DNA of 64,000 nt from Candidatus Moraniibacteriota bacterium (lineage in GTDB: Bacteria; Patescibacteriota; Minisyncoccia; Moranbacterales; UBA1568): assembly GCA_030648835.1 (NCBI GenBank), contig JAUSGT010000003.1, forward strand, positions 65,307 to 129,306. Direction: 5' to 3'. Below, piece after piece: positions 1-8,893 of the stretch (position 1 is the first letter of the stretch; each line of letters opens with the position of its first letter). The notes under the pieces are model-generated. The model did not search any database. It worked only from the letters and a program-made list of their open reading frames with translations, and was not told where the DNA came from. Made by a program: the position numbers and the translations under genes.

Positions 1-2
1 AT

Positions 3-1217
3 GAGTATCTCATCGGGAGCGGTTTTATCATCCACCCGGATGGCTATATCGTGACCAACGCGCATGTTGTTTCGGAGGAGACAGTCAAGCAACGGTTGGC
101 TTCCGAAAGCGCTCTGGCGGCGCTGTATGCCAGCGCGCTTCTTTTGAGTGATGAGGAGATGCAAAGTTTTCTTGAGACCGAGACGGATAAGAGTTTCAGT
201 AAAGAGGTACTGAACTATGTCATGAGGCAGAGTATTTTCCAGTTACAGAGCAATGTGGCCGTGCTTCGGCATAACTCCGAAAAGAAAACTTTGCCGGAAT
301 TGCTTCTTGAAGGGTTCCCGGCGACCATAGTTTACGAGAACGACAACTTTTTGGAAGATGAGAAAGATGTTGCGTTTCTCAAGATAAGAGAGTCTTCTCT
401 CCCGGCGCTCTCTCTCGGGAATAGCGAAGGGATTGTCGTGGGGACAAAAGCGTTTGTTTTTGGTTTCCCGGCAACAGCACAATTGCGGCAGAACAGTTCG
501 GAGGAAGCGACGTTTACCGGTGGGTTGGTGAGCGCGATCAAGCAGTCCGCGAACAAGAATTTCAAACTTTTTCAAACCGATGCCAAGGTGTCGGAAGGGT
601 CGAGTGGTGGCCCGTTTTTTGATGAGCATGGCGTCGTCGTCGGACTGGTCACTTTTCAGACAGACGAACTCAATCGCACTTCGGGAGATAATTTCGCTTT
701 TGCCCTGCCGATCGAAGTTGTCAAAGCGGCGGCGCTCGCGGCCAAGATTTCTCCCACCGAAGGAAAGTATAGCGAGTATTTCAAGAAAGGATTTTCGGAT
801 TTTTCAGAAAAACGTTGCAGTAAGGCAGAGGAGAATTTTCGTTTGGCGTTGGGGAAAAGCAACAAAGCGTTCATTTCGGAAAAATATCTGGCGTTGTATT
901 TCAAGCAATGTGACGTATTGCAGAAAACAGGGTTAGCTCTCAATACTCGTTTTGATGAATGGAGAGACAGTATACACGCCCTGGGCAATCCACTTTTTTA
1001 TTTTGGCGTAGGATCGATCCTTCTTTTTTCTGTTTTTGGTGGGGCCTTGTTTTTGATTTTGCGTCAGGTACGGCGCGAAGAGCGAGAAATCAAAGCGCTT
1101 GAAACCAGGCTCTACGTTGATGAAGTCCACATCATGGAATATGATGGTGTGGTGCAAGCAAAGACAGATCAATCACACGCAAAGAGCACATCTCAAAAAG
1201 AGAAAAAGGTTATTTGA
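3..1217 (+). CDS. Trypsin-like (S1C/HtrA-like) serine protease, membrane-anchored; 5'-truncated by window edge
   Basis: Frame open from base 3: GSGFII..DGYIVTNAHV (His), DVAFLKI (Asp), GSSGGP (Ser); C-terminal TM helix; no PDZ seen. Confidence 0.85.
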   Translation, partial: EYLIGSGFIIHPDGYIVTNAHVVSEETVKQRLASESALAALYASALLLSDEEMQSFLETETDKSFSKEVLNYVMRQSIFQLQSNVAVLRHNSEKKTLPELLLEGFPATIVYENDNFLEDEKDVAFLKIRESSLPALSLGNSEGIVVGTKAFVFGFPATAQLRQNSSEEATFTGGLVSAIKQSANKNFKLFQTDAKVSEGSSGGPFFDEHGVVVGLVTFQTDELNRTSGDNFAFALPIEVVKAAALAAKISPTEGKYSEYFKKGFSDFSEKRCSKAEENFRLALGKSNKAFISEKYLALYFKQCDVLQKTGLALNTRFDEWRDSIHALGNPLFYFGVGSILLFSVFGGALFLILRQVRREEREIKALETRLYVDEVHIMEYDGVVQAKTDQSHAKSTSQKEKKVI

Positions 1218-1256
1218 GAACCCGTTTGAGGATCTTTTTCGTTATGAAAACTATCT

Positions 1257-3026
1257 ATGATCAGCATTCTTGACATTCTGCGGAGCAGAGAATTTCATTT
1301 GCCGTTTCTCATTGTTATCTGCATTCTATTGGCTTCCCTTTTGCAGGAGAATGGGGTATATGGACTGGCGATACTTTTGGGTATGGGACAGCTATTTGTC
1401 GAGTCATATCAGCGGATCAGGCTTCGCAAGTGGAATTTGGATTATTTGGCGTTTATTGCTTTGGGGACGGCGTTTGTCCTCAGTTCCTTTTTGGCGGGAG
1501 CGGTGGTGGCTCTTATGGTTACTGTCAGTGCCGCTCTGGAAAAGTATGGCGTGATACGCGCCGAGAAAACACTGCGGGGACTTTTTGAAAATATTCCCAA
1601 AACGGCGCTTATTGTGACCGGGGCGGGAACACATGAGGTAATGCTTCCGGCAATTCAAAAAGGGGATGTGCTCCTGGTTCGGCCAAATGAAATGCTGGCA
1701 TTTGACGGGTATCTCATGTCGGATCGAGCGCTCTTGAGCGAAGCCAATCTGACGGGAGAAATGGAACCTGTGGCATATGTGGAAACGGCCGTGCTCAAAA
1801 GCGGCGCGGTGAATGTCGGTGAGACATTCAGGCTTCGCGTCTTGGGCGACTTCGAACACTCCAGTTACCGAAAGATTTTATCCTTGGTTGAAGAAGGGAA
1901 GTTGCATCCCTCTCCTATCGTCCGTCTCGCGGAGCGCTACAATATTTTTTTTACTTTTTTCTCGCTGGCTCTGGCTTTGGGCGCATATCTCTTTTTTGGT
2001 GATTGGCAGCGTTTTCTTGCTGTTCTCGTCATTGCGACACCGTGCCCACTTCTTATTGCCGCGCCGATCAGTTTCATTGGCGGGTTGAACAAGGCCGCCC
2101 GCAAAAATATCATTATCAAGAGCCCGTTTATTTTGGAACTTCTTGCCAAAACGAAACTATTTTTTTTCGATAAGACCGGGACATTGACACTGGGGCGGCC
2201 GCGTTTGAAAAAGGTAGAGCTTTTCGACCGATCTCTCTCAAAAGAGAAAGCGCTCTCTATCGCCGCCGCTCTCGAATGGCATTCGTTCCATCCGATTGCC
2301 AAAGCTTTGGTACAGGAACATTGTTCTTCCGAAGGGGAACTGTTGACCGCCCAAGATGTGGAAGAAAAAATTGGTGAAGGAATTTTTGGGACGGTGGGAG
2401 GCAAACGTTATGGCATCATACAGGCGAAACAAAACAGAGAGAGTGGCATCGCGGTCGACCTTATTGTCGATGGGGATGCTATCGCGCGCTTTCTCTTCGA
2501 CGATGAATTGAAGCAAGACGTCGGACGCGTATTCGCCTACCTTCGTGGGCGTCAGTACACTTTGGGGATTCTGACAGGGGATAGGAAAAGCAATGCGGAG
2601 CGTCTTTTTGGACAGTTTCAGTTGCCGATTTACGCCGAGTGTCGACCGGAGAAGAAGACAGAGCTCATACAGCGTTATCAGCGTGAAGGAAAGCTTGTCG
2701 GGATGGTCGGCGACGGAATGAATGACGCGCCGGCGTTGGCTCTTGCGGATATCGGTATTGTATTTTCCGGTACGGAAAACAGCGCGTCTATCGAGGCGGC
2801 GGATGTGGCAATTTTCGGGCATGACGCGTGGCTCATTCATGACGCGATCCATATCGGTCGGCGCTCTTACCATGTGGCGTTGCAAAGTATCCTGATCGGT
2901 ATAGGACTTTCCATTGTTGGGATGTTGTTTGCCTTTTTTGGTTTTATCTCACCGCTGTATGGCGCAATTTTTCAAGAAATTATTGATGTTGTGGTGATAT
3001 TAAACGCTCTCCGTTCGACGTATTAG
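1257..3026 (+). CDS. Heavy-metal P1B-type ATPase (TPCP/QExxD, P1B-5-like)
   Basis: LTGE, ATPCPL, FDKTGT, HP, GDGMNDAP, QEIID motifs. Confidence 0.92.
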   Translation: MISILDILRSREFHLPFLIVICILLASLLQENGVYGLAILLGMGQLFVESYQRIRLRKWNLDYLAFIALGTAFVLSSFLAGAVVALMVTVSAALEKYGVIRAEKTLRGLFENIPKTALIVTGAGTHEVMLPAIQKGDVLLVRPNEMLAFDGYLMSDRALLSEANLTGEMEPVAYVETAVLKSGAVNVGETFRLRVLGDFEHSSYRKILSLVEEGKLHPSPIVRLAERYNIFFTFFSLALALGAYLFFGDWQRFLAVLVIATPCPLLIAAPISFIGGLNKAARKNIIIKSPFILELLAKTKLFFFDKTGTLTLGRPRLKKVELFDRSLSKEKALSIAAALEWHSFHPIAKALVQEHCSSEGELLTAQDVEEKIGEGIFGTVGGKRYGIIQAKQNRESGIAVDLIVDGDAIARFLFDDELKQDVGRVFAYLRGRQYTLGILTGDRKSNAERLFGQFQLPIYAECRPEKKTELIQRYQREGKLVGMVGDGMNDAPALALADIGIVFSGTENSASIEAADVAIFGHDAWLIHDAIHIGRRSYHVALQSILIGIGLSIVGMLFAFFGFISPLYGAIFQEIIDVVVILNALRSTY

Positions 3027-3079
3027 GATTGTAAAGAATCTTTCATTCTTTTTTAAAAGGATAGATATAGATGTATATT

Positions 3080-3107
3080 AAAAAAAGCTCGTTTTAACGA
3101 GCTTTTT
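3080..3107. terminator. Bidirectional intrinsic terminator
   Basis: AAAAAAAGCTCGTT-TT-AACGAGCTTTTT between convergent genes. Confidence 0.8.
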
Positions 3108-3132
3108 AAATTCTTGATTTTTTATCCCTATT

Positions 3133-4329
3133 CTACTTGTAGCGTAAGGCGTCCAGAGTATCGATGTGAGAAGCTTTGCGGGCCGGGAAAACACCGGTTA
3201 AGAAGCCGATAAACGCGCCGAATACGATGACGGTGAAAACGAACCAGAACGGACTGAAGAAAAGACTGACCGATTCTCCACCGAAGCGATTGGCCACAAG
3301 ATTGATGAGGACATTCAATATTTTCCCTTCCAGATATCCCAAGATAACACCGCCGAGAGCTCCCAAGAACCCCATCAGGGTGGACTCCATAATGAACATC
3401 ATTGAGATGTTTGTGCGTGAAGCGCCGATGGCTTTCATAATGCCGATCTCTTCGGTGCGTTCGAGAAGGGCGATAGTCATCGTGTTGAACATGCCGATAG
3501 CGGAAACGATGAGGGCGATCATACCGAATATCATGAGCACAATCTGGATGACACGGAATACCTTATTTGCCTGGCTAATGGTTTCGGAGATGGAGGAGAC
3601 GCCGAATCCTTGACTCTCGATTTCTGCGCGTACCGAGTTGAGTACGTCGGTTGAAAAACATTTCACTTTCAATTCGGTGTAGCTTTCGAAAGAAAAGCCA
3701 GTGAGTGAATCAAGCGAGAGGTACGCGATATTTTCCTCACCCGGGATAATGCCAACAATCGTGTAAGTGTTTTTTGGTTCGAAGGAAGCATTTTTGTTTG
3801 TTTGACCGGAGGCATCTGTTTGGAAAAGAGTCAGTGAGACGGTCTTGCCGAGCATCTCTTCGGGGGGGACGTTGAAAACTTTGGTAATGGCCGAAGTGAT
3901 AACAATATTTTGACTTTCGGTTTCGGTAAAAAGCCGTCCAAAATCGGGTTTCAATCCCTCGTTTTTGAGCAAGGAAACGGTAGAGCTGACAGTACCGATA
4001 TCGAGGGTAATATTGTCAAACTTTCCTTGTCCGGCCAGTTCCAATACCGGGATGACATCGGCGACATTTGGGATGGTTCTCAGTTTTTCAATAGTTGTGT
4101 TGTCGAGTTTTTCCTTGTTGCCCGTTTCTCCAAGCGTCACATCCAATGTCACAAGGGTATCCGCGGTGGTAATTTTCTGAAGCAGTGTCCGTTGCAATCC
4201 ATACCCGAAAGAGACGAGAAAAATAATTGCGGCGATGCCGACACTCATACCGAGAATAGTCAAGAGCGTCCGCATCGTGCGAGCTTTGAACATTCGGAGC
4301 GACAGTTTGAGGAGATCGAAAAAGCGCAT
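3133..4329 (-). CDS. MacB/FtsX-family ABC transporter permease
   Basis: RTLLTILG..GIA N-terminus; ERTEEIGIMKAIGA; PARKAS...DALRY C-terminus. Confidence 0.92.
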   Translation of the reverse strand: MRFFDLLKLSLRMFKARTMRTLLTILGMSVGIAAIIFLVSFGYGLQRTLLQKITTADTLVTLDVTLGETGNKEKLDNTTIEKLRTIPNVADVIPVLELAGQGKFDNITLDIGTVSSTVSLLKNEGLKPDFGRLFTETESQNIVITSAITKVFNVPPEEMLGKTVSLTLFQTDASGQTNKNASFEPKNTYTIVGIIPGEENIAYLSLDSLTGFSFESYTELKVKCFSTDVLNSVRAEIESQGFGVSSISETISQANKVFRVIQIVLMIFGMIALIVSAIGMFNTMTIALLERTEEIGIMKAIGASRTNISMMFIMESTLMGFLGALGGVILGYLEGKILNVLINLVANRFGGESVSLFFSPFWFVFTVIVFGAFIGFLTGVFPARKASHIDTLDALRYK

Positions 4330-4334
4330 ACAAT

Positions 4335-5651
4335 TTAGGAGTATTTGAGGAGCATAAGAACTTCTATCTCTCTTACTATTTTCTCGGCAGTGGTCTTGTG
4401 GATGCCGACACCATCAGCGGAAACTCGGGTATCGAGGCGTTTCTCAAGCTCGATTTGCCCAATTTGGCTTTCGAGGCGGAGCTTGAGCGTCGCTTGGAAA
4501 CGCAGCTTTTGGGTTTCGGTAAGTTTCAGATGAAAGAGGGTGGTGAGGTATTCGGTGAGTGAAAGAGCGCTTTGTTCCGGAGAATCTTTCAGCCCATTTA
4601 CTTGTTCGATGATGGCTTGCGTGCGTTCGGCAAACGAACGGGCGCGTACCTTATTCCAGCCGGCGCCTCCCTCGTCAAGATCCAAGTCGAGGTGTTCGGC
4701 AAAGGTTTGCATGTCGATATTTTTGAAGAGGAGCTCTTTCATGAAAGCTTCCGCTATGCTTACTTGTTCATCGCTCAGTTCCGAGAGGAGGTGATTGAGG
4801 AGCTGTTTCGCCTTGAATGGAACCAAGAGCACGTCGACTTGTTGGGGGAGGAGGCTCTTGAATGATGACATGAGCATTTTCAACTCGCTGCTTTCCGGAG
4901 ACCTATCGATGGGACCGTACTCCTGCTTGTTCGCAAGTTCTTCCGGCGGGCGTTTTTCTTTGAACACTTCTTCTTTGGTGATGCGACCGTCTTTCATATG
5001 GATGACGCGATCGGCATAAACAAGATGTTCCGGGTTGTGCGTCACGAGAATGATCGTTTTTTTATCGATATCATTGAGTTCTTTCAAGATCTTGAGCACA
5101 TTTTCGGCGCTTTCGCTATCGAGGTTTCCTACCGGCTCATCCGCGAGAATAATTTCCGGGTTGTTGACGAGAGAGCGCGCGATGGCAACGCGTTGTTTTT
5201 GCCCGCCGGAAAGCTGGCTGGGGAATTTATCGGCTTGTTCGACGATACCAAAACGGCGGAGGAGCCTCACTCCTTCTTTTTTGCGATCGCTTGGTTTTTC
5301 ACCGCGGAATACTTTTGGAAGACAGACGTTCTCGAGAATATCCAGCGAAGAAATGAGATAGAAGGCCTGAAAAATCATACCGATACCGGTTTGATGGAGC
5401 CTCAGCTCCTCTTCTTCGGTCATTTTGGAAATGGCCTTGTTTCGGATGTAGACATCACCATACGTGGGGGACTGTAGCCCGGAAATGGAGTATAAAAGCG
5501 TCGATTTTCCGCAGCCGGACGGACCATAAATGATAACGTATTCCTCCGGGTAGATCGAGAGGTTGGTTTCTTCGAGGGCGCGCATCTCATTGGACTTTCC
5601 TTGGTTGTAGATGACGCGCAGTTTATCGACGACGATAATTGGTTTATTCAT
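4335..5651 (-). CDS. ABC transporter ATP-binding protein (LolD/MacB-type) with ~200-aa C-terminal extension
   Basis: [26 protein letters not shown]; start placed at MNKPII. Confidence 0.9.
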   Translation of the reverse strand: MNKPIIVVDKLRVIYNQGKSNEMRALEETNLSIYPEEYVIIYGPSGCGKSTLLYSISGLQSPTYGDVYIRNKAISKMTEEEELRLHQTGIGMIFQAFYLISSLDILENVCLPKVFRGEKPSDRKKEGVRLLRRFGIVEQADKFPSQLSGGQKQRVAIARSLVNNPEIILADEPVGNLDSESAENVLKILKELNDIDKKTIILVTHNPEHLVYADRVIHMKDGRITKEEVFKEKRPPEELANKQEYGPIDRSPESSELKMLMSSFKSLLPQQVDVLLVPFKAKQLLNHLLSELSDEQVSIAEAFMKELLFKNIDMQTFAEHLDLDLDEGGAGWNKVRARSFAERTQAIIEQVNGLKDSPEQSALSLTEYLTTLFHLKLTETQKLRFQATLKLRLESQIGQIELEKRLDTRVSADGVGIHKTTAEKIVREIEVLMLLKYS

Positions 5652-5773
5652 GTTTTTCGGTTGCCATTTTACCCATATCATAGCATATTTTTCTATCGGG
5701 ACTAAGCCTGCCGAGAGCGTTGCTTGACAGTAGCGATATGCGCTACAATAGAATACGGGAGAAAAACCATTTT

Positions 5774-5857
5774 ATGAAACAACCATTGATCTTCATTGCT
5801 CTCGGCATCGTTGAAATCATCATTTTGACGCTTCTGGGATTATTCTTTTATCGCTGA
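5774..5857 (+). CDS. Small single-TM protein (27 aa, MKQPLIFIALGIVEIIILTLLGLFFYR)
   Basis: Hydrophobic ORF whose TGA overlaps the next ATG (TGATG); below ORF-track cutoff. Confidence 0.5.
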   Translation: MKQPLIFIALGIVEIIILTLLGLFFYR

Positions 5858-6606
5858 TGATGCAAAAATTTTTTCAAAAAATCGATCCGTTCGTTATTTT
5901 CTGCTTTGACGTACATGATCTGGCCAGTGAATATATCGCGAAAAATTTTCTTTTGATAAAGCGAAGTATTCTTATTGTGGCTTATCTAAGCTTGTTTGGG
6001 GTTTTCTTCCCGGATTTACGGAAAGGGTTTGGTTCTTTGGCGGAGTATATGCTTCTTCTCATCCTTTTTCTCAGCCCATTGTCAAAAATTTTTCAGGCGC
6101 GCTTACTGCTCCAAATGATGGGATTGCGTCGAGAGTTCGGCATCTTGATGGGCTGTCTGGCCATCGTTCACGGAGTGACCTACTTTCTTGATCCGGTCAC
6201 ATTTTCTCTCAATATAGAGCCATATTTGAATACACGCTTTTTCTCCATGCCGCCGCTTTTTTACTTTGGCATTCTTTCGCTCATTCTTGTTCTGCCGCTT
6301 CTCCTCACCTCGAATAATTTCAGTCTGCGTTTTTTGGGTGGAGAAAAATGGAAAGCGCTGCATCGGCTTGTGTATGTGATTCTCTTCACCGCGCTTTTGC
6401 ATATTTTCTTTGTCCAGAGTGTGGGAAGGGGCTACAATGCAGTGGAGTTGATTCAACCCGCCGGTATTATTTTTGGCTATGTGTTGCTCAAAGTGCTGGC
6501 GTGGAAAAATTTTATTGCGCCTCTTCGTGATATAATTGTATCCGTAGGTGAGCGGTATGGAAAATATGTCCTTGCGAAGAGGGGAGAGGGCATCCCCAGC
6601 TCTTAA
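5857..6606 (+). CDS. MsrQ/YedZ-like ferric-reductase transmembrane (heme b) protein
   Basis: RREFG, conserved His in TM helices, LLTSN, WKALHRLVY. Confidence 0.85.
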   Translation: MMQKFFQKIDPFVIFCFDVHDLASEYIAKNFLLIKRSILIVAYLSLFGVFFPDLRKGFGSLAEYMLLLILFLSPLSKIFQARLLLQMMGLRREFGILMGCLAIVHGVTYFLDPVTFSLNIEPYLNTRFFSMPPLFYFGILSLILVLPLLLTSNNFSLRFLGGEKWKALHRLVYVILFTALLHIFFVQSVGRGYNAVELIQPAGIIFGYVLLKVLAWKNFIAPLRDIIVSVGERYGKYVLAKRGEGIPSS

Positions 6607-6620
6607 TCACGTATCCATTT

Positions 6621-7874
6621 TTGAGTATGAAATTTTTCCGTTTTGTCGCAAGCGTTTTGGTTTTGAGCGGAAGTTTCTTTGTTTTGTCGCTGACCGCTGT
6701 CGCGGTGGGACCAGCCGATACGAATAGCGAGAAAGTGCTGGTTGAGATGTTCGAACGGCAGGACTGCGCTCATTGCCAGGCAGAGAGAGCCTATTTGGAA
6801 GGATTTTCGACGCGCCGCGGCGATGTTGAGGTGCGTTTTATAGATATTGACACTCCTGAAGGAAAGCAGCTTTTTAGCCAATTTACGGAAAAACAGAAGC
6901 TTTCCAAGGCGACTCCCATTACGGTTATCGGCAGCGCGGTGCTTCAGGGCTTTGATTCAGGAGAAACGACGGGCCAGCGTATCGAAAGTTTAATTAACGA
7001 AAATAAAGGGCAGCCGCCGGTTGGCGTGGAGGGGATTTTGGCGGGGAAAGTGGGTGAGATTGAGAAAACGGGTGGAGCGGTCTGCGATAGTACGACGGGC
7101 ATCTGTACTTTGCCGGCGCCGGAACCGGTTTTTGTAAAAATACCGTTTACGGGAAAAACAGTCGATGTGATGCAATATTCTCTGCCGGTGCTGGCGAGCG
7201 TGCTTGGGTTGGTCGATGGGTTCAATCCATGCGCGATGTGGGTCTTGGTGACTTTCCTTATCGTGCTTATACAGATGGGGTCACGCCGGCGGATGTGGGT
7301 AGTGGCTGGGCTCTTCATCATTGCGGAGACTCTGATGTATTATCTGATTCTCAATGTCTGGTTCACGGCTTGGGACTTTGTCGGACTGGATCGTTTTGTT
7401 ACGCCGATCGTGGGAGCAGTGGCTGTCGGAGGGGGGCTGTTTTTTCTTTATGAGTGGTATCATTCCGACGGCACGTGCGAAATTGTTAACCCCGAAGGTC
7501 GGGCGAAAATTTCCAGTCGTATCAAGAGGTTGGCCAGCGAGCCGTTCACGTGGCTGACCGCGGTCGGGGTAATCGCTTTGGCATTTTCGGTGAATGTTAT
7601 CGAATTTGCCTGTTCCATCGGGATCCCGCAGGCTTTTACCAAGATTATCGAGATGAATGATCTGAATTTTTGGCAGACCCAGGGGTATATGTTTGATTAT
7701 ATTTTCTTCTACATGGTAGATGACTTTCTGGTTTTTGGGTTGGCTCTCTGGGGATTTGAAAAGCTTCATCTGACTCAAGTCTATGCCCGCTGGTCCAATC
7801 TCATCGGTGGTATTTTGATGCTCATCTTAGGCTATCTTCTCATTTTTTATCCGGCACTACTCCGGTTTGTGTAG
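6621..7874 (+). CDS. Exported glutaredoxin-like domain fused to CcdA/DsbD-like TM domain
   Basis: Signal peptide, CAHC, ATP cis-Pro loop, DGFNPCAMW and EFACS membrane Cys. Confidence 0.8.
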   Translation: MSMKFFRFVASVLVLSGSFFVLSLTAVAVGPADTNSEKVLVEMFERQDCAHCQAERAYLEGFSTRRGDVEVRFIDIDTPEGKQLFSQFTEKQKLSKATPITVIGSAVLQGFDSGETTGQRIESLINENKGQPPVGVEGILAGKVGEIEKTGGAVCDSTTGICTLPAPEPVFVKIPFTGKTVDVMQYSLPVLASVLGLVDGFNPCAMWVLVTFLIVLIQMGSRRRMWVVAGLFIIAETLMYYLILNVWFTAWDFVGLDRFVTPIVGAVAVGGGLFFLYEWYHSDGTCEIVNPEGRAKISSRIKRLASEPFTWLTAVGVIALAFSVNVIEFACSIGIPQAFTKIIEMNDLNFWQTQGYMFDYIFFYMVDDFLVFGLALWGFEKLHLTQVYARWSNLIGGILMLILGYLLIFYPALLRFV

Positions 7875-7927
7875 CGATTGAGCGTTGAGGTGGTATCTGG
7901 TATACTAAACAAGTTAAATACTAATTC

Positions 7928-7981
7928 ACCCTGTGAAATCCCGCTTTGCGGGTGCCCGCTGAGCGAGCAATTTCACGGGGT
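7928..7981. repeat. Branched palindromic element in dsbA leader
   Basis: ACCCTGTGAAAT...ATTTCACGGGGT outer stem enclosing CCCGC-TTT-GCGGG and TGCCCGC-TGA-GCGAGCA. Confidence 0.6.
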
Positions 7982-7992
7982 AAAGAAATACT

Positions 7993-8781
7993 ATGGAAGG
8001 TAATACGGAAAATAGCACAGTGTCTCAAGAGAAAGAAGAAACATTCGGCAAGGACGCTCTTTTGGTGGCTGGAGCCGTGCTTCTTACCGGTTTGATTATT
8101 GCGGGATCTATTGTTTCGGTTACTCAGAAGCTTGCACCCACCACGACTGTCCAATCCGCGGCAAAAGACGCCGCTCTTCAGGCGCCAACTGTGCCAACGG
8201 ATACAACCGCTGTTATTTCACTTGATGATGACCCGATTCTTGGTGACAAAAACAAGGCAAAAATAGCTATCGTGGAATTCAGCGATTACGAATGTCCCTT
8301 CTGCAAGCAGTTTCATGCCAATACGTTCGATACGCTGGTGAAGGATTTTGTGGATACGGGGAAAGCGTTGATTTCTTTCCGTGATTTTCCGCTTTCTTTC
8401 CACGATCCGAATGCCACCATGGAAGCGGCAACGGCCGAATGCGTGCGGAAAGAAAAGGGAGACAAAGCATACTTCGCTTTTGGCAAACTTCTCTATCAGA
8501 ATACTCAAGCCAACGGGAAAGGTTTGGTTGAGGGAAAACTCAATCAGTTGATTGGTCAGGTGGGTGCGAATGTCAAAACTGTGACCGCTTGTGCGGCAAC
8601 CGATGCTGTGAAACAAGAGATTGCCAAAGATATCGCGGATGGAGGAAAGGCCGGCGTCACGGGTACCCCGAGCTTCGTTATTGGTGTTCTCAACGCGGAT
8701 GGCACGGTTACCGGTGAGAGAATCGTTGGCGCCGCGCCGATCGATAATTTTAAGACGGTTATTGATAAATATCTCAAATAG
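7993..8781 (+). CDS. DsbA/thioredoxin-fold membrane-anchored oxidoreductase
   Basis: N-terminal TM; EFSDYECPFC; RDFPL; GVTGTPSF. Confidence 0.9.
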   Translation: MEGNTENSTVSQEKEETFGKDALLVAGAVLLTGLIIAGSIVSVTQKLAPTTTVQSAAKDAALQAPTVPTDTTAVISLDDDPILGDKNKAKIAIVEFSDYECPFCKQFHANTFDTLVKDFVDTGKALISFRDFPLSFHDPNATMEAATAECVRKEKGDKAYFAFGKLLYQNTQANGKGLVEGKLNQLIGQVGANVKTVTACAATDAVKQEIAKDIADGGKAGVTGTPSFVIGVLNADGTVTGERIVGAAPIDNFKTVIDKYLK

Positions 8782-8818
8782 TCGAAAAGAAGAGATAACA
8801 CGAAGGATTTCCGGAGAA

Positions 8819-8850
8819 AACTCTGTCGAGAGGCAGAGTTCTTCTTTTTT
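8819..8850 (+). terminator. Intrinsic terminator after dsbA
   Basis: AACTCTGTC-GAGA-GGCAGAGTT followed by T-tract. Confidence 0.7.
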
Positions 8851-8893
8851 GGTATAATGAGTTAGATATTAGGTATTAGATATTTCTTATAGT

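Noticed and set aside
5724-5754. TTGACA promoter upstream of the small ORF
   Set aside because: Spacing to TACAAT is 14 bp and to TAGAAT 19 bp; too ambiguous to call.
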